This document shows, one piece after another, positions 44,495 through 47,761 of a stretch of DNA of 47,761 nucleotides. The notes beneath the pieces are model-generated. The model was given only the letters and a program-made list of their open reading frames with translations, ran no database searches and was not told the origin of the DNA. Each line of letters opens with the position of its first letter. Position 1 is the stretch's first letter. The position numbers and the translations under genes are program-made. Location of the stretch: contig MHQR01000026.1 in the NCBI GenBank assembly GCA_001820725.1, positions 7,885 through 55,645 on the forward strand. The letters run 5' to 3'. This DNA comes from Candidatus Sungbacteria bacterium RIFCSPLOWO2_01_FULL_54_21. Its GTDB lineage: Bacteria; Patescibacteriota; Minisyncoccia; Sungbacterales; HO2-52-23.

Positions 44495-45708
44495 GTGAGC
44501 GTCGGCCGCAGGGCAATATCGGTAAGCGACTCATTACGCGTGTACACCCCCTCTTTGGTCATAATATTTTTCCGATCCGATCGCGGCTTCCGCTGTTTCC
44601 CCCGACCCTTATGGACGACGTGGAGCGGGAAGAATTCAAAATAGTCCTTTTCATCAAACCACGCGCATTTGAAAGCATACATGCGCAGGCCCGTGAGCCG
44701 CGAGAGCGCCATGGCGTAAAGCGTCAATTGCTCGATCGGCTTTTCTTTTGCCGCATTGGGCTTGTAGTCGAGAATATGTATCTGGCCGTTACGCACCTGC
44801 ACGAGATCAATGTGGCCGGTAATCAATCGGGGAAGTTCCTCTGCCGACAATTGACGTAACCCGCTACCGATATTGTCCGCTTTTACAGCAAGTCCCAATT
44901 GGGACTTGCCTCGACGCCGGGCAACATCGGGAGCGTATAACTCAAACCCCAACTGTCTCTGCATATGCAACAAATCGTCCTTTCTAATGTACACCGGCAC
45001 TTCGACCGCCACGGTTACCGTATCGTTAGCAAGCATGAATTTCTGCACTGCCTCGTGCCGGTCTTTGTTCCTCTCCACTCCCTGCAGGGCGAATGCGGCG
45101 AGCGCATTGGCAAAATTATGTTTTGACCGCACGATCATCTGCTCCTTTGAAAACCGCAGAGGCGATTCGGACATCCGCAGCCCTTCTTGAAAATACTGGT
45201 GCGGCGTCTCACTGGATACGAGCGACAAAAACTCGGCGAGCGGCCCGAAGCTGGCGTGCCTGATGTCTTCGCGGATGATCATCCTGGTTTTCGCCCGATG
45301 CCACATGAAGCGGTAGAGCTGGCGGTGCGCGAGTGTGGCTGTCTCTACCACATGCTCCGGCCGGAACATCTTGAGCGCGAACGGGCGATAGCGGTGATAC
45401 CGGCAGAGTTCCTTGAATTCTTCCACCCAGTTGGCTACCGTCGAAGCCGATATATCAAAATCCGTTTTCTGCTTTATGATCTTGCACGCCTGCTCCAGCG
45501 AAAATCCGAGGTTATAGTAGCTCATGGCATCAATGATCACGCGGTGCGGATAGTGCTTGCCTTTTACTTCCTTGGGCGTGAACGCGCGCAGGCACGAGCG
45601 GCACAGCCACAGCTGTACGCGCTCGCGCTTTTTTTCGCGCCATCCCCGCTTCACCGTATCCGGCGAGGCGCAATAGGCGCATGGTGTTGTGGACAACTTA
45701 CTTGACAT
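44491..45708 (-). CDS. InsA-like Zn-ribbon + HTH fused to a PD-(D/E)xK (RecB/Cas4-like) nuclease domain
   Basis: Start moved to MSSKLSTTPCAYCASPDTVKRGW..LCRSCLRAF (CxxC..CxxC). HTH-like FSLEQACKIIKQKTDFDISASTVANWV. C-terminus has VAVEVPVY .. GHIDLVQV .. IHILDYKP .. QLTLYAMAL (E, D, D-x-K and Q-x-x-x-Y motifs). Repeat R4 lies in frame between the E and D strands. Confidence 0.5.
   Translation of the reverse strand: MSSKLSTTPCAYCASPDTVKRGWREKKRERVQLWLCRSCLRAFTPKEVKGKHYPHRVIIDAMSYYNLGFSLEQACKIIKQKTDFDISASTVANWVEEFKELCRYHRYRPFALKMFRPEHVVETATLAHRQLYRFMWHRAKTRMIIREDIRHASFGPLAEFLSLVSSETPHQYFQEGLRMSESPLRFSKEQMIVRSKHNFANALAAFALQGVERNKDRHEAVQKFMLANDTVTVAVEVPVYIRKDDLLHMQRQLGFELYAPDVARRRGKSQLGLAVKADNIGSGLRQLSAEELPRLITGHIDLVQVRNGQIHILDYKPNAAKEKPIEQLTLYAMALSRLTGLRMYAFKCAWFDEKDYFEFFPLHVVHKGRGKQRKPRSDRKNIMTKEGVYTRNESLTDIALRPTLT
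44860..44935 (-). repeat. R-type element, copy R4 (inside the nuclease gene)
   Basis: On the minus strand: CGCTCCCGATGTTG ... GCAAGTCCCAATTGGGACTTGC (22-nt perfect palindrome) ... CAATATCGGTAGCGGG. Translated as APDVARRRGKSQLGLAVKADNIGSG. Confidence 0.8.
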
Positions 45709-45722
45709 TGTTTTCGGTTCTG

Positions 45723-46073
45723 CTAATGTAACAGTACATTCGGCATTCGCCGCGGCCCCGCCAAAAGCGGGGAATTTTTTATGCTTTGATGCAAACACAC
45801 ATACATGCTTTTGCCTTCTTGCGTAATCTCGACATACCAGGAACCTTCTTTTCTCTGTGATGTGGTGGGCGCAACAAGATAAAATTCGCGGGATAATTTT
45901 TTGAGAATAATTCCCGGCCTTGAAGACAGGTTGCTCTTTCCATTCATCTCAAAACCAACATTTTCCCCGAAACTTATCCACCACAAATCACGCTCCTTAA
46001 CCAAGGGCGGCACATGTTGCGTATCATGCAGTTTCTCTTTTAATTTTATCCACTCCAAAAATCTTTTGATCAT
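45723..46073 (-). CDS. PemK/MazF-family toxin-like protein, C-terminus apparently replaced
   Basis: FLEWIKLKEKLH..ERDLWWISFGENVGFEMNGK..SRPGIILKK..LVAPTTSQRK..WYVEI fits the solitary MazF-like family as I remember it. After ..VCLHQ the expected IR-x-x-D-x-K-R-L segment is missing. Confidence 0.6.
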   Translation of the reverse strand: MIKRFLEWIKLKEKLHDTQHVPPLVKERDLWWISFGENVGFEMNGKSNLSSRPGIILKKLSREFYLVAPTTSQRKEGSWYVEITQEGKSMYVCLHQSIKNSPLLAGPRRMPNVLLH

Positions 46074-46151
46074 ATCTCACGATTTGACTTCTAACGGGTC
46101 TCACGGCTTTTGGGGAATCTGGCACTCCTTTCGAAATCCGTGATATGAAAA

Positions 46152-47761
46152 TCACGGCGTTTCTGCGGTCGTCGTGGAAGTTTCTCCTCCCGCGGGAGGC
46201 GGGGCATCCAGCGTTTCCGCGATGGTCGTCGCGACTTCCTCGACCGGCAGCACTGATGTCGCACCTTCAGCAGGAGACGAAACCTCGGCGATCGTCTCTT
46301 CTGAAGTTTCCAAGGAAGTCGGACTTCCTGCGGGAAGTCCGACTTCCTGCGCCGTCCCGCACGCTCCACTCTGCGGCACCACGGCCCCGCTCACGATCTT
46401 CACGCAATACGGCTCTTTCGTCACTTCGTCATACAGCGTGATGCCCGACGGCGCCGCGGCTGATCCCACTGTCACTTTCTGCGCAATGAGTTCATCCGTA
46501 ATCACCCGCACCGCCATGAGCGTCCCATCTTCATCCATACTCCACTTGCCCAGATAGCCCGTGATTTTTTTTACATCCAAGATTGAATTGCCCTGCATAT
46601 TGATGTCGCCCATAAACGACACATTCACGCGGCCGGACTGCTGATCCACGCTCCATCCATTGATCCCAAAGCCCAAGGTCTCTCTTCCATCGGAAGTGAG
46701 CCCTTGCGCGTTTATAGCCGCATCCAGCTTCGCGGCTCCCCTCTGCACAAAAGCAAGTATTTTAGCCGTTCCCGCGCCCTGATACGGCTCCAGCGCGATG
46801 GCCACGGTCGCGTCTCCGTCTTTTGCTTTCATGCCTACGCCCGCTACTGACGAGATGGTGATCCGATCTCCCGGCAGGATGGGCCCGTTTTCATTATTTA
46901 CTTTGAGCGGAACTCTCCCTGCCAGCGCCACGGGCTTGAATTGAGAGCCGAGAGTGAAGCCCGTGGTGTCTCCGAGGACAATGCCCGGCTTGGTGGAGAT
47001 AATGCCGATGGCGCGATCTCTGCCCTCCTGCGTTGCCTTTTCCACGGAACCGGTAAGGGATTCAATCACTTCAACCACCGAATCCGGCTTGTATTTTTCA
47101 TTCAACTTCTGCTCGTCCGTGTCGCGCTTGCCCTGCTCGTGGGCGGAAAGAGAGAGCGCGACCATTACAATGTCTCCCTCCTCAATAGAAAGATCTGCTA
47201 ACGGATAATTCTCCGCAAGATCGGATGCCCCAATGTTTTCACTATCCGCGTAGGTAGCACCCGCAGTGAGCGTTGCCTGACATTTGGCGGTGCCGTTGTT
47301 GTCCACGCACAGTGCTCCATTGCGGCCGATGATGTCGCGCTGGGTAGATCCGTTCCAAACAGTGAGGGCGCCTTCGGACAAAATCCCTGATGCTCCGGCG
47401 ACAGATAAAATTGTGCCCGGACTCGTCGTCCCGATGCCGACGTTGCCGCTACTGTCTATAATAATCCCATCCGAACCACCGAGTGTTTTGGTAAGACTGA
47501 GTTTTCCCGCTATATCTCCTACCGCGATTTGATAATCAGCGGTTCCATAATGATTCAATGTTATCCTGGCTTTATCGCCCGTCGCTCCCCCTCTCAAATA
47601 GAGAGATGCATCTCCAGCCGAGCCGTTCACCCCAACTAAAATTTGGCCTGTATTTAATGTGAGTTTCTGTGTTGGCCCCGTCGTCCCGATGCCGACGTTG
47701 CCGCTTGATTGACTATTCAACACAAGGGAACTTGCATCAAGACGCAACTGCTTATACGTCG
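46152..47761 (-). CDS. fibre-like surface protein, C-terminal part (5' end runs off the window end)
   Basis: The frame stays open upstream of the tracked TTG at 47747. Repeated GNVGIGTT[GS]P motifs, GASDLAENYPLAD..GDIVMV.., and a Thr/Glu/Pro-rich C-terminal tail. Confidence 0.7.
   Translation of the reverse strand, partial: TYKQLRLDASSLVLNSQSSGNVGIGTTGPTQKLTLNTGQILVGVNGSAGDASLYLRGGATGDKARITLNHYGTADYQIAVGDIAGKLSLTKTLGGSDGIIIDSSGNVGIGTTSPGTILSVAGASGILSEGALTVWNGSTQRDIIGRNGALCVDNNGTAKCQATLTAGATYADSENIGASDLAENYPLADLSIEEGDIVMVALSLSAHEQGKRDTDEQKLNEKYKPDSVVEVIESLTGSVEKATQEGRDRAIGIISTKPGIVLGDTTGFTLGSQFKPVALAGRVPLKVNNENGPILPGDRITISSVAGVGMKAKDGDATVAIALEPYQGAGTAKILAFVQRGAAKLDAAINAQGLTSDGRETLGFGINGWSVDQQSGRVNVSFMGDINMQGNSILDVKKITGYLGKWSMDEDGTLMAVRVITDELIAQKVTVGSAAAPSGITLYDEVTKEPYCVKIVSGAVVPQSGACGTAQEVGLPAGSPTSLETSEETIAEVSSPAEGATSVLPVEEVATTIAETLDAPPPAGGETSTTTAETP

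Overview
47.8-kb, moderately GC-rich, densely coding segment with most genes on the minus strand. The gene content reads like a small-genome CPR/Patescibacteria-type bacterium, which is an inference. It includes type IV pilin-like proteins with a GFTLIELLVV leader, a giant Thr/Ser-rich surface protein, GIGTTSP fibre-like proteins at both window edges, a compact suf set, a short hinge-less SMC, and four-helix-bundle and toxin-antitoxin genes. Core genes: galU, nth, clpB, htrA, a long Fe-S/oxidative-stress cluster (sufC-sufB-sufD, an orphan gene, sufS-sufU-fdx-sodN-sodX-nfu), dedA, trmD/KH/rpsP, smc, rnc, nusB, rpmF, rnhB, dnaE, thrS, miaA, an ftsB-like gene, lepA, murJ, and an O-antigen-ligase-like/TPR membrane protein. 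Accessory content has three parts. (1) Two tandem [small membrane protein + pilin] modules are separated by an MNT/HepT toxin-antitoxin pair. (2) An islet holds an apparently 3'-truncated MazF-like toxin, an InsA-like Zn-ribbon/HTH fused to a PD-(D/E)xK nuclease, and a translationally coupled Avd-like four-helix-bundle protein. (3) There is an ABC-ATPase remnant. No rRNA, tRNA or CRISPR array was recognised. The most unusual signal is two families of short palindromic repeat elements. They occur between genes and also in frame inside conserved genes (rnhB, murJ, miaA, the nuclease gene), which resembles Rickettsia palindromic elements. All calls come from reading motifs by eye; no database search or folding was run.
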